A stretch of DNA of 63,446 nt, filler included, from Stramenopiles sp. TOSAG23-3 (taxonomy: Eukaryota), in NCBI GenBank assembly GCA_900128585.1. It is 21 parts of 21 records of this genome, joined end to end, with 100 filler letters (N's around TTAATTAATTAA, not from the genome) between each part and the next. Parts side by side here need not be neighbours in the genome. Positions count along the whole stretch, not along the records: positions 1 to 13,703 come from LT642614.1; positions 13,804 to 27,493 come from LT642615.1; 19 more parts are not named here. One strand, written 5' to 3'. Positions 10,810-21,448 of this stretch are shown here, one piece after another. Within the stretch, counting starts at the first letter, position 1. Each line of letters begins with the position of its first letter. The notes beneath the pieces were generated by a model that had not been told where the DNA came from, made no database searches, and worked only from the letters and a program-made list of their open reading frames with translations. Both the position numbers and the translations under genes were made by a program.

Positions 10810-13608
10810 TCACACGATGTTGTCCGTGTTACCCACCCTAATAGGCAATTCAAATTCGCGTGGTGGCGCCACCAAAACCACCGGTTCGTTTTGCAGATTC
10901 CTTTGTTTATACAGTCGGAGAATCATCGAAGACGTGCAAAAAATCGACTTCACCAAATCCCCAAAGTCAGTGCCAAACATGCCCACCCGATGCCTTGCGG
11001 CAGACCGCAGAACGTACACCTTCAACACGACCAAGACTTCAGTCACGAATAGTAGTAGAAAAGGCCACCACAATCGACCCGCATGAGAATCGTGGGGTTC
11101 ATAACCGCACTCTTCACCTCTGGTCGAGCCTGTCCCAAAGTAGTTTTGCGCCCAACGCTTCGTGGTTTGTCCCCCAATGTTTTTGCAGTCGATGGCGTCA
11201 ATGTTTGAGCACACCTGGTCTTCCGTATGAAACGTACCGTTCCGGGATTTGCAGGAATGCCAAAAGGAGTAAAATGGGGTGGGGGGCTTGCGAAACGTCG
11301 CGCAGCTCTTCTGCATGCCCTTCCATACCCCCATTTGGTTACATGCTTGGCTGTCTAGGTTGGAGCATATCTCTTTCAGGCCCGGCATTATACCCGCCCC
11401 ATCATCGCAGGAAGTAACAAAAGTCTTCAATAAAACCACAGGTTTTTGTGTACTGTCCAATCCACTTTGATGAGAGCATTGGTCGATAGTTGCATTCCAA
11501 AGCCAGACACTTCCGGTGGCGGCGCCCATGCATGCTGGCTTTACTTCATCAATGCAAGTACGTGTTTCAAAATTATACACGGACACAACAGGGATATCGT
11601 CCGGATCATAGTCATTTTTGCGCAGATATCTTTCGCAGCGCATTGCTTCGTGTGAAACATCGCAGCTCTGCGTTCTGGGGTCGTACAATCCATGCATGTG
11701 TTCACATTGCCGGGCGTCGATATTTAGACAGACTTTGCTTTTGCCGTCCAGTTCAGAGTGCCATTTCTGACCACAAGTTTTCATTGCTACAATATGCCTC
11801 ACTTGAAGGAAAAATGGAACGTCTCTCAGGAGGAATATCCCAACTATAAGAAGGAGAAGGAGACAACGCAGCAGTGCAATAAAGGAAAACATGCAACCAA
11901 ACAAGCACGCCCTGCGTCGTTTGCAAAAGTTAGTCTTGCAACCACACGGGGTGGCGGACTCGGACCCTGCCAACACAATTTTCGACAACATAAACGGCCA
12001 ACTGCAGGGAAACGTAATCGCAACACAGAACGTACTTGTAAAGACGCAAAACGGTCTTGGCCCTGGTGCGGCGGATCGCGTGGTCCCAATCGACAACGGC
12101 TCAGAACCTGGAAGTAGCTGGGCGTGCTCTTCCATAAGGCTTTCAGACGCGCTCTTACTGGGAAACATCGTCACGACACTGCCCTCTACAACAAACTGTT
12201 GAGCCGGCTCTGCCCGGGGCAAAATCTCTTCCTCCTGAGTCGTCTCGACGTTGATCACCTCGATCTTTTGCGGGACGTTCTGATTGCTCAATCGCACTTC
12301 GATGCCGCGTCTGCCCTCTCCCACGACATCGTTCATGACAATGTCCCGTTTCGGCAGCTTTCCGCGGCTCCTTTCCGATCCCGTTAGCTTCCTCATCATT
12401 CCTCTAGGCTCGTTGGCAACCTTTAAAACAGCCGCCTTCCGAAGTGTTTTCTCCACCTCTTCGTCCACTGCAACCCGTGGAACAAATAACACGTTTTGAA
12501 TTGCCCGCACAGCCTCATGGTACCTCTCCGTGTCCCCCCACAACTGCTTCATACCAAACCCAGCCGCGCCTTCGTCCCAAGCGACCAAGTGCACCAAAAT
12601 CGTTTTTCGAAGTTTCAAAATATCGGTCCCGATCATGCTGTACTTTGAAAGGCACGGCCCACACGCGGTATGCAGTCCCGGCGTATGCATTTCCTCGTGC
12701 AAGTAAATGGCCGGTGAGGCCTTGCGCTTCTCGTCCAGGTACGCTTCGAAATTGCTTCGCCGGAGAGTATTCTTCACGCACTGAATCAACGAGTTTGGAG
12801 ACCGAGGCTGAAACGTATTGTATGGGACGCAAAGAATACTTTTCCCCTCCTCCGTCATGGAGATTCGTAGTTTTGTCTCTCCTTCCCCCACGGCTTTTGT
12901 ATATACATCACGAGAAGAACTGGTACATGAAAGGGTGTCGTTCGAGAAAAGATCCTTCCGCAATAAGGTCTGGGCCGCGGCTGCGATCTCTTTTTGTCTA
13001 TCTAACCCTGCCTCGTCAGCCTCCCCCTCCATCATCACGCGGCATACCCATCGAAAGATGGAAAGTTTAACACCCATTTCGAACGGCATTTTTTTGTACG
13101 CCCTGCTGTACACGGCCCACTTCTGTTTTGCTCCCCACGCCTGCATTGCCAGAGGAAGCACATAATCGTCGAGCCCCTGTCTTGACTCTCTGTACCCGTC
13201 GCTCAGAAATCCCACGGCGACCATATCCAAGCACAGGCCGGTCCACATTTCGTCGGAGACTAACGGGTCATCTTTGCCGCTCAGTACGATTCGAAAGATT
13301 TTGCGGTTTGCATTGAACCGTGCGCTGATGCTTCGTTGGGATCTGGAGATACCGCCATTTGCTTCTGTGGGACGCCCTTCATCTCGTTTCCGTTTCTTAA
13401 CCTGTTCCGTAGGCACCGCATTGTCGTCCCAAAGCCCAACAAAGTCGTCGAATCCTGGAATAGCGTGGGGACCATCATTGCTGGCGGTTTCAAACATTTC
13501 TTCAGGGAAGAGCACAGTAGTGTCCCCCGCCTGATCGATTAAGTTAGTTGGATCACTTTCGTCAACACAAATGGAATTTTCCGAGCTCCAAAACGTGTCA
13601 CTGACCAT
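10810..13608 (-). CDS. Large membrane protein: soluble N-terminal region, TM segments, Cys-rich domain, C-terminal TM
   Basis: 932-aa ORF with hydrophobic stretches (LFGCMFSFIALLRCLLLLLIVGIFLL; LWWPFLLLFVTEVLVVL) flanking a Cys-rich region. Confidence 0.8.
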   Translation of the reverse strand: MVSDTFWSSENSICVDESDPTNLIDQAGDTTVLFPEEMFETASNDGPHAIPGFDDFVGLWDDNAVPTEQVKKRKRDEGRPTEANGGISRSQRSISARFNANRKIFRIVLSGKDDPLVSDEMWTGLCLDMVAVGFLSDGYRESRQGLDDYVLPLAMQAWGAKQKWAVYSRAYKKMPFEMGVKLSIFRWVCRVMMEGEADEAGLDRQKEIAAAAQTLLRKDLFSNDTLSCTSSSRDVYTKAVGEGETKLRISMTEEGKSILCVPYNTFQPRSPNSLIQCVKNTLRRSNFEAYLDEKRKASPAIYLHEEMHTPGLHTACGPCLSKYSMIGTDILKLRKTILVHLVAWDEGAAGFGMKQLWGDTERYHEAVRAIQNVLFVPRVAVDEEVEKTLRKAAVLKVANEPRGMMRKLTGSERSRGKLPKRDIVMNDVVGEGRRGIEVRLSNQNVPQKIEVINVETTQEEEILPRAEPAQQFVVEGSVVTMFPSKSASESLMEEHAQLLPGSEPLSIGTTRSAAPGPRPFCVFTSTFCVAITFPCSWPFMLSKIVLAGSESATPCGCKTNFCKRRRACLFGCMFSFIALLRCLLLLLIVGIFLLRDVPFFLQVRHIVAMKTCGQKWHSELDGKSKVCLNIDARQCEHMHGLYDPRTQSCDVSHEAMRCERYLRKNDYDPDDIPVVSVYNFETRTCIDEVKPACMGAATGSVWLWNATIDQCSHQSGLDSTQKPVVLLKTFVTSCDDGAGIMPGLKEICSNLDSQACNQMGVWKGMQKSCATFRKPPTPFYSFWHSCKSRNGTFHTEDQVCSNIDAIDCKNIGGQTTKRWAQNYFGTGSTRGEECGYEPHDSHAGRLWWPFLLLFVTEVLVVLKVYVLRSAARHRVGMFGTDFGDLVKSIFCTSSMILRLYKQRNLQNEPVVLVAPPREFELPIRVGNTDNIV

Positions 13609-13703
13609 CTCCGCGACACTCTCAAAATCGTAATCATCTGTTAACGACTCAACAGTGGATGACTCTCGCTCAACAGTGGATGATTCTCGCGCGTTTTGAA
13701 TTG

Positions 13704-13803
13704 NNNNNNNNNNNNNNNNNNNNNNNNNNNNNNNNNNNNNNNNNNNNTTAATTAATTAANNNNNNNNNNNNNNNNNNNNNNNNNNNNNNNNNNNNNNNNN
13801 NNN
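13704..13803. other. Artificial contig linker N44-TTAATTAATTAA-N44 (first of 20)
   Basis: The same 100-nt linker recurs at 27494, 29392, 31289, 33186, 35083, 36979, 38875, 40769, 42663, 44556, 46448, 48340, 50232, 52123, 54012, 55900, 57788, 59676 and 61562. TTAATTAATTAA gives stops in all six frames, and the pieces are length-sorted. Confidence 0.97.
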
Positions 13804-13938
13804 GCCGAGAGAAAGTGGATATAAACGCATGCAGTTGCGAAGAAAACAACCTGGCACAAAATTTTGGAAACACACACAATGCCCCTCCATATTCTACCAT
13901 TAATTTGATAAGTCCTGCCATAGTAGAAAGTTTTTTCC

Positions 13939-16900
13939 ATGGACTTGGAGGGTGGTGTTTTTAGTGCTTCAAAGGAGTATGCACCACCTTTAACAGGAGG
14001 GGTTTCAAGTGACCCGGAGGATGGTCGCAGCTCTAATCATATCCCAGATGATACTGCCTACCAAAACCAACACCGTGTCGTTTCTGCGCGAACCGTGAAG
14101 ACAATGCAATGGTTTAATCCATCGCACATTGAGCAGATGGAACACGTTAATAGCAAACTACAGTCTTCGCAGAAAGACTCATCAAAAATAACGTTTTCCA
14201 GTAGCACTACCGAAGACAGGAATGAGTATGGTTTACAGAAACCACCCTCACAAGCGGAATTTCGAAAAGTGAAACGACAAAACCAGGATTGCCTCGTAAC
14301 ACCTCTAGAGGCTCTGTCAATTCCTCGGCCGGTAGTGTTTGGAATTACGAAGGATTCTATAACATCGAAAGAGCATAAAATCGCCCTTGATTCCCGAACG
14401 CTAACAACCAGCTACGCCGCTCCGTGCAAAGACGCTCACCCCAGTGGCGCGTCAGCAATAGTGCGGGCTGCTTATATAAATTATGGCGTCAAAAACTCTC
14501 CTCGGATTGATTCAGATTACAATGAAACCTCAATACGAACGATTCCTGTGAAAGTTGATCGTGCTGATAATAGTCCGGTGTGGTCGGGAAGCTACTTATG
14601 GAAAATTCCTTTCAATAATGATGGTATCCCTCGGATCAGGTGGTTCCGTACAGTACATGATGTTGGTAATGACGGTTCAGGTATATATTTGAAATGGACC
14701 GACCCCCAGCGACCAAGAAAAGCCGCCTCTGAGTTGGCAGTGTCACTTGTGAAAGAGATCGTTGTTGGCCAAGTAACAAATGCATTTTTTAAGCAAGTGC
14801 ACAGAAGGGGGCCCAGTAGCTTGCCACCCCCGGCTTTAAGTTTCTCTTTGATTACAGAAACGCGGACTCTAGACCTTGCTGCAACAGATAAGAAAGATTA
14901 TGATAATTGGGTCAAAGAATTACGAAAAATAATTAACGAGAAGAGAGTGGATAATTCAAGACCTAGATATTTAAAACCCCTCATCGATGAGCGTCGTGTG
15001 GATTCCGGCAGGATCTCTAATTTTGCACATGTAGACAAAACAAAACATGTGGGGGATGAAGTCAATAACAATTTGACTAATACAAAAATGACAAATGAGG
15101 CTCTCCGTAGGTTTTGGAGAGATACTCTGTTCGATCACTGTAGGCACAATCGTTTGTCAGAGGTACAGACAATCATGAATGAAGGGTGCCCTATCGACTT
15201 GATGGAACGAGAAACTGGGGACACTGCATTAATGGTGGCATGCCGCCGCGGAAGAACTCATATCGTAAGGTTTTGCCTAGGACGAGGTGCAAAAAATGAC
15301 CCCCACCCACAATATGGTCAAACAGCTTTGCAGGCGGCTGTAGCTAGCGGGCATCACAGATGCGCACAAGTAATTTTAGAAACCGCGAAACCTCACAATA
15401 TGGACGTTGTGATTGTAAACCACGCCGATCCAATGAAAGACTCTCCCCTTCATATTGCAGCACGGCGTGGTGATATTCAGACCATGGAAGTACTATTAAG
15501 ACACGGTGCAGATTATAAGCTGGTGGATTCAAAAGGCTGCCGACCCTTGCATCTTGCAGCATCTAACAGTATGTATAAAGCAGTTGCATTGTTTGTTGAT
15601 GTTGTTGACAATTTAGATGTTGGAGAATACAATGGTAATACTGCATTGCACCTCGCAGCAACCGTAAACGACCCAGCTGTTGTAAAATTATTACTCGATT
15701 CAGCCGCCGACCCGCGTTGTATAAATATTGAAAATAAAACACCCCTTAACATAGCCATGGAATTGCGACATGATGAATGTGCACATTTATTGAAAAAAGG
15801 CATGGCAGATGTGCTTGGAACTCCGCGTCCAGAACCTTTCCTGTCCCGTTGTCTTAAACCTGGTGAGGAAGAGACTAACGGGGCCAGGCCGATGTTCAAG
15901 CCATCGCATCATTCCACGTCCTTTGCTTCCGCAAATATACCGCAAGGCTACGTCAGTGATTATCGAACGGCGGCTGTCAATACAAATGCGAATAGAAACC
16001 GTTCTATTGCAGACAACAGCCCCGACATCGTGTGTGGTGGTTTTCAAAGTCGTTTATTTGATGGTTTAGATGTATCGTCTAATTTTACCGGTGTTCAGCA
16101 GAGGCATCATAATCCATATGACACAACGCAGGAGAGCTACGCGAATTCTAGGACAGATAGTTCAAATCTGCCTTATTCCAATAACGGTGCGCCTGCAAGT
16201 GCTTCATTAGCAAACTATGACAGTACTAACAATTATTTTATAGAGACTCGTTGGTCTGATACTGGAGGTGCCCATGAACTGTCAGAATACGACGATTCTG
16301 GCGCGCTTGGAAATGACAACTCGATTATTTATGTGTACACAGATGCTCGCGGTGCAGTATGGGAATATAGATATACTGAAGAAGGTTATCCATATTTTTT
16401 TAATACACAATCAGGAACGTCACAATGGGAAGATCCTTGCCCAGAAGGTTACGACGGTTGGCATGAATCTAACTGGTATCAATGGGGTAAATGGCATAAT
16501 CACAAAAACGACGATGACACTGCGGAGTGCAACGGCCAGTATCAAGCGGCGTCATCGGAACCACATGGTACGATAACACAGAAAGTGCGCGCTCAGTTAG
16601 CTCGTAGAAATTGTGCGAAAAGTCCCGATGGAGCACAAAGCAAAACAGAACACATTAAAGCTGCTTGGAGCGATTTTTCTACTGACGGGAAGCATACAAA
16701 ATGTAAAAAATCAATTGAGAACATTAACGGCCGAAGCCCCACCAATGAAGAGGTACTTCGGCAAGGAAGTCCAGTACACAATCAAATCCAAACAACCGAG
16801 GTCGATATTACGAAATTTAGCAAAGTACCCCAAAACTCAAATGATACACGAAAAGTAAGGAAACCTCAAGATGTACAATCCCAGTCAGAGAAAGATTATA

Positions 16901-18876
16901 TTGACGACAGGATGAGTCTGCAGGCAAAGCCTGAGTTGCAAAAATTCTTTAAAATGAGGAAGATGGGTATACCTATAGGAGCAGTTGCGCATAAAATGAC
17001 TTTAGATGGTATACCATCTGAAATTATTTTAGCTTTTCGAAATAGCAATAATAGTCAACAAAAAGAATCAACTTTGAAGACTAGATTTAAAGTTGCAGAC
17101 CAAAGTGCGCTCAGAGATAATGATAGTATGAACAAGTATTTCAAGATGAAAAAAATGGGAATTCCCTTAGGTGCAATTCGTCAGAAAATGGTTAAGGATG
17201 GCATTTCAGAATCCAGTATTGCAGCCTTTTGCAAAGAAGCCGGCACTACTTATGTGCAGGAAGAAAAGCAACAAAGTACTAAAGCTGACACATTAGAAAA
17301 ACTGAAAAGTCGTCGGGAGGAAATGAAAAGGGGAAAAGAATATGAAAAATATTTCAAAATGGAAAAAATGGGAATTCCTTTAGGTGCCATAAAAAGCAAA
17401 ATGTCAATGGATCAGTTATCTGTATCAGATATATCTGCTTTTTGTTTAGAGTTAAACAAACAACCACCGCCTCCGCCTGCATCAGAAAAATCCTCATTGG
17501 CGAGAAAAATGATGAAGTTACACTGGGAAAAAATTCCCCATGAGCGTTTACGGAACACTGTTTGGGGGAAAGTTGACGCAAATGCGTCTGTAGAAAAGAA
17601 CGAAGTAGATCAATTGACAAAATTGTTTGGTGCAAAAACCCCTCGGACTTTACAATCTTCGTCTGTCAGGACGGCTACGAAGGCGTCTAAACGAAACACT
17701 AAATTTGCAACTCGTATCGACAGCAAGAGGCTTCGCAACATTGAAATAGGACTCGCGCAATTTAGGAACTTCGAAACTTTCTCTGATATCATCAATGCCG
17801 TCTGTACAATGGACGAAAACAATCTCCCAGTGCTTAAACTTGAAGCGCTATATTCCATATCCCCTTCTGCGACAGAAACTTTAGTTTTCAAAAAAATAGG
17901 CGCTGGTAGTCTACTCGGCAAAGCAGAGCAATGGTTAATGACCGCATCAAAAATTCCTCGGTTTATCGAAAAAGTAGACATCTATCGTTTTAAGCTTAAT
18001 TTTAACGACAGAGCTAAAGAACTAGCCCGTAATATCCAACTCCTGTCAGAGGTATGCAAAAAAGTGAAGCAGTCGAAAAAACTTATGTCGGTCCTAGAAA
18101 ATGTTCTTAGCATTGGTAATTTAATGAATAAAGGAACTCACAAAGGCGGAGCTGCTGGGTTCAAACTGAATTCTCTAATGAAACTTATACAAACTAAATC
18201 GCACGACAAGAAAACTACAATTTTAGATTTTTTAGTCCAATCAACGCTAGAATCAAAGGAAGAAAGTCGTCAGATGGTACTAAATTTTCCTGATGAGTTA
18301 ACTGGAATAGAAAATGCTGTAAAAATCGACGTAGCCAGGATTAAAAGAGACTTCTTTGGTTTAAAAACAGGTGTAGAGAAAATGAAACGAGAAGTAGATA
18401 CCAATGTTGAAATATTGCAGCTGCTGGGGAGCCCTCGGAATGAGATTTTTGCATCGCTTTGTAAAGAGTTCGTAGAAACTGTCGCAACAAAGGTGCTCTG
18501 TGCTTTAAGCAATGCCATGGAGGATGTAACAAAAGAATCCAGCAGCGTTGTAGCATATTTTGGAGAAGATCCAGAAAACTCCACTGCCAATCAAATTTTC
18601 GAAATTCTTTATCGTTTCTCTAATGCATACAGGTCTGCTGTGAGAACGATTTCGGAAAGATTAAGACGGAAGCGACGAGCAGCAGAGCGAAAAATGAAGC
18701 GCAAAGACTCCGACTCCGGGAAAAAACTCGCCGCACCTCGATCTAAACCCCCTAATCAAAACCATGGCATTTCAGGGAAAAATGCCCTGTTGGCCAGTAT
18801 TAAAGCAGGGGGGGGGGCTCGATGGCCTTCGACAAGCAGCAAAAATAAAAGAAATTTCATCTCCAAGAAGCATTGA
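13939..18876 (+). CDS. Multi-domain formin (PH, ankyrin repeats, WW, three helical KYFKMxKMGIP repeats, short FH1, FH2, WH2-like)
   Basis: PH (SFSLITETRTLDLAA...W), ANK (DSPLHIAA, NTALHLAA), WW (WEYRYTEEGYPYFFNTQSGTSQWEDP), PPPPP, FH2 (KLHWEKI...TVW; IGNLMNKG...GFKL..L.KL), WH2-like NALLASIK. The true C-terminus may extend to 19108. Confidence 0.92.
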   Translation: MDLEGGVFSASKEYAPPLTGGVSSDPEDGRSSNHIPDDTAYQNQHRVVSARTVKTMQWFNPSHIEQMEHVNSKLQSSQKDSSKITFSSSTTEDRNEYGLQKPPSQAEFRKVKRQNQDCLVTPLEALSIPRPVVFGITKDSITSKEHKIALDSRTLTTSYAAPCKDAHPSGASAIVRAAYINYGVKNSPRIDSDYNETSIRTIPVKVDRADNSPVWSGSYLWKIPFNNDGIPRIRWFRTVHDVGNDGSGIYLKWTDPQRPRKAASELAVSLVKEIVVGQVTNAFFKQVHRRGPSSLPPPALSFSLITETRTLDLAATDKKDYDNWVKELRKIINEKRVDNSRPRYLKPLIDERRVDSGRISNFAHVDKTKHVGDEVNNNLTNTKMTNEALRRFWRDTLFDHCRHNRLSEVQTIMNEGCPIDLMERETGDTALMVACRRGRTHIVRFCLGRGAKNDPHPQYGQTALQAAVASGHHRCAQVILETAKPHNMDVVIVNHADPMKDSPLHIAARRGDIQTMEVLLRHGADYKLVDSKGCRPLHLAASNSMYKAVALFVDVVDNLDVGEYNGNTALHLAATVNDPAVVKLLLDSAADPRCINIENKTPLNIAMELRHDECAHLLKKGMADVLGTPRPEPFLSRCLKPGEEETNGARPMFKPSHHSTSFASANIPQGYVSDYRTAAVNTNANRNRSIADNSPDIVCGGFQSRLFDGLDVSSNFTGVQQRHHNPYDTTQESYANSRTDSSNLPYSNNGAPASASLANYDSTNNYFIETRWSDTGGAHELSEYDDSGALGNDNSIIYVYTDARGAVWEYRYTEEGYPYFFNTQSGTSQWEDPCPEGYDGWHESNWYQWGKWHNHKNDDDTAECNGQYQAASSEPHGTITQKVRAQLARRNCAKSPDGAQSKTEHIKAAWSDFSTDGKHTKCKKSIENINGRSPTNEEVLRQGSPVHNQIQTTEVDITKFSKVPQNSNDTRKVRKPQDVQSQSEKDYIDDRMSLQAKPELQKFFKMRKMGIPIGAVAHKMTLDGIPSEIILAFRNSNNSQQKESTLKTRFKVADQSALRDNDSMNKYFKMKKMGIPLGAIRQKMVKDGISESSIAAFCKEAGTTYVQEEKQQSTKADTLEKLKSRREEMKRGKEYEKYFKMEKMGIPLGAIKSKMSMDQLSVSDISAFCLELNKQPPPPPASEKSSLARKMMKLHWEKIPHERLRNTVWGKVDANASVEKNEVDQLTKLFGAKTPRTLQSSSVRTATKASKRNTKFATRIDSKRLRNIEIGLAQFRNFETFSDIINAVCTMDENNLPVLKLEALYSISPSATETLVFKKIGAGSLLGKAEQWLMTASKIPRFIEKVDIYRFKLNFNDRAKELARNIQLLSEVCKKVKQSKKLMSVLENVLSIGNLMNKGTHKGGAAGFKLNSLMKLIQTKSHDKKTTILDFLVQSTLESKEESRQMVLNFPDELTGIENAVKIDVARIKRDFFGLKTGVEKMKREVDTNVEILQLLGSPRNEIFASLCKEFVETVATKVLCALSNAMEDVTKESSSVVAYFGEDPENSTANQIFEILYRFSNAYRSAVRTISERLRRKRRAAERKMKRKDSDSGKKLAAPRSKPPNQNHGISGKNALLASIKAGGGARWPSTSSKNKRNFISKKH

Positions 18877-19023
18877 ACTCCACCAGTTACGCCAATCACT
18901 ACTCGCAAGAACAATCGAAAGTGGTATTCCTCTCGATGACGCAAAATCGTTAGTGTCCCAAATAACGGGAACGGAAGAACACCACCCATTCGTTTTGGGA
19001 TGGTTGAAACAAAATTCGCCCAT

Positions 19024-19354
19024 AAATGAACTGCTGGGAAAGTTAGGTATGGAAAAAAGGATGAGTGTATCTGAAACCCGTGCAGCTGAGTGTCGAAATT
19101 TAATTTAGAAACAAAATGCGCCTACAAATGAACTGCTGGNNNNNNNNNNNNNNNNNNNNNNNNNNNNNNNNNNNNNNNNNNNNNNNNNNNNNNNNNNNNN
19201 NNNNNNNNNNNNNNNNNNNNNNNNGCAGCTGAGTGTCGAAATTTAATTTAGAAACAAAATGCGCCTACAAATGAACTGCTGGATAAATTAGGTATGGAAA
19301 AAAGGATGAGTGTATCTGAAACTCCTACAGCTGAGTGCCGAAATTTAATTTAGA
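19024..19354. repeat. 102-bp tandem repeat spanning a scaffold gap
   Basis: Unit AAATGAACTGCTGG...GGTATGGAAAAAAGGATGAGTGTATCTGAAAC...CAGCTGAGTG.CGAAATTTAATTTAGAA starts at 19024, 19126 and 19269, with an N gap at 19140-19224. Confidence 0.8.
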
Positions 19355-19529
19355 AGTGAGATTCTCTGGAGCAGGACATTAGCGAATCGTATCATGTGGG
19401 CCTCAAAGCAGAAAGCGGTAGCATTGATGAAATGCAATAGCACTGCGGTACCAAACCAGGAAGGTGTGAGTCAGCAATTATAAAAGAAGAAAGTATGGAA
19501 ATGTTAATTAAACCTGGACTTGGAAAGCA

Positions 19530-20150
19530 AGGGTTGGGAAGACGAGACGGAACCGCGCAACTCGGGTGCAGAGACTGAAGTGCAATCCTCAACGCACTCC
19601 TCAATTGCCGCGACGGTACTAGTGCTATCCTCGGCTGAAAAACAAATCCAGACAGCCGCAGCCCACTAGTAGAAACGACAGCTTCGGAAGATAAAGTCCG
19701 GTCGGGCGTCCCGTTACACCCAGAAGAAAAGACGGGCGCCAATCAGAGTCGCAGATTTCGATAATTACCCGAACACTAAAGCCGTACTCAGATTCCGCCT
19801 TGCCGAACGTCGAAGTAGGGGAGCACATGATTCACAGACGAATAGCACGCCTGCAACATTGCATCTCGCACCTTTACCATCACCAAAGCCCTTCAATGAC
19901 AGCTTTGACTACCAAGTCGAACGACATGATAATTCCATGAACGATTTACATAATAGAAAACGAGCACCTTTCCAACATTTTAGCCGTTGTTCAATAAATC
20001 AAACAAGTTATGAATCAGTTATGAGTTAGATATCGGATGAAGAAGTCGATTATGGAGTAGACGATATCGTAGAAAATTCACATATCGTTACTGATTATGA
20101 ATGGAATACACAAACGAATGATTACGTAACAATCAAATGGACACATTTAC
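19530..20150 (+). pseudogene. Decayed coding-like sequence of unknown family (copy 1)
   Basis: Translates to PLPSPKP...DNSMNDLHNRKRAP...RC...MS*ISDEEVD...DIV with an internal TAG. Homologous to the neighbouring copy at 20314-20940. Confidence 0.55.
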
Positions 20151-20153
20151 TAA

Positions 20154-20197
20154 AAAACAAAAAATTGGCTGTTATTTAAGTAATTAAAATTAAGCTT
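20154..20197 (+). repeat. Dispersed AAAACAA(G)AAAATTGGCTGTTATTTAAGTAATT element
   Basis: Near-identical to 33112..33155. Further copies at 46209, 46365, 56977 (+) and 20993, 21032, 21425, 51926, 57142 (-). Confidence 0.8.
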
Positions 20198-20313
20198 TCT
20201 CATGTACCGCGAAAATGAATCTGCTCCTTTTGTCCATTAAAGGTTTATATTCCTTCATGTACTGCGAATTTATCTCTGCTCCTGTGATTTTACTAATCAA
20301 TATACCCTTGTCC

Positions 20314-20940
20314 TTAGCCTTGACTGTTATTTCCTGATGTACTCCGCACATGATCCGAATCGGTGTTTTGATTTGCGACGATGTCAGATGACCTGCAGTC
20401 AACTTCCTCATCTGATGCCTCACTCATAGATGAAAAAAACCCTGTGTGATTTTCCAAGCAGCGGCGTGAATGTTTTAGAGGTGTTCGTTGTCTGTCTTGT
20501 AAATCAGCCAAGGAATTGTCGTTTGCGGGTTCAGGTGTCGGGAGAGGATCGTATGGGACAGTGTGCGTAATCGGCATTTCTGGCCCTGCCAATGGACTAC
20601 GCCGATGAAGCAACCGACACCGTGCCCCTCACCCGGAACCCACACGGCTCGGACCCAGATAGCTCAGGCTCGGGAGTCCGAGACGGAACCGCAAAGCTCG
20701 GGGGGCGGGCAATCCAGCAGTGAGCACTCCAGTAATGCCCAAGCTCTAATAATGTCACCCTCGGATGACGACACATAAGTAGTATCCTCAATGCAATCAT
20801 CAGACGACAGGACCCCGGGCGCCCATGCACTAGCAGACGACGGCGACGCTGACGCCGAACTGCTACCCTCGAATGCTTCGACAACATCGATGTCATCCTT
20901 GGACGAAGCAGGGGGAGGAGGAAGCGGACCACAGCATCGC
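20314..20940. pseudogene. Decayed coding-like sequence of unknown family (copy 2, halves on opposite strands)
   Basis: Minus strand 20314-20630 encodes PLPTPEP..DNSLADLQDRQRTP...RC...MSEASDEEVD...DIV. Plus strand 20660-20940 matches 19540-19620 (CGAGACGGAACCGC core). Confidence 0.5.
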
Positions 20941-21448
20941 TAAAACACTTGCTCGTAAAAACTTAATTTACTAATTTTATCTCTAATTCTATCTAAATAA
21001 CAGCCATCATTTTTTGTAACTTAAAATTTATATTTACCTGAAATAACAGCCAATATTCTATCTCCAAAAATCTAATTATTTAAGGATGATTTTACATCGC
21101 TAGGGGTAGACTTTTTGTAAAAAGAAGAAGGATGGATTGTGTGTTTTTTAATTAATAGGAAAAGCAGGAGAGGATGATTGCAATGATGGTCTTCAATACG
21201 AATAAATATGAGACAATCCTATTTTATTATATTATTTCTGTTTTTACTCTTTGTCTGTAAATATATTTTTACCAAAAAACCCTTATTTTGTAGCTTAGTC
21301 AGATTTTTAGGGAAAATCTTCTGTTTTTGACTTCTTTCCTCCTCTCTCCAATGCAAAAAGTATATAAACAGTATCGGTAAAATTTCAAGCGATTCTGCGG
21401 GACTCTCTGAAGAAGATAAATTTCAATTACTTAAATAACTTGCTAATC

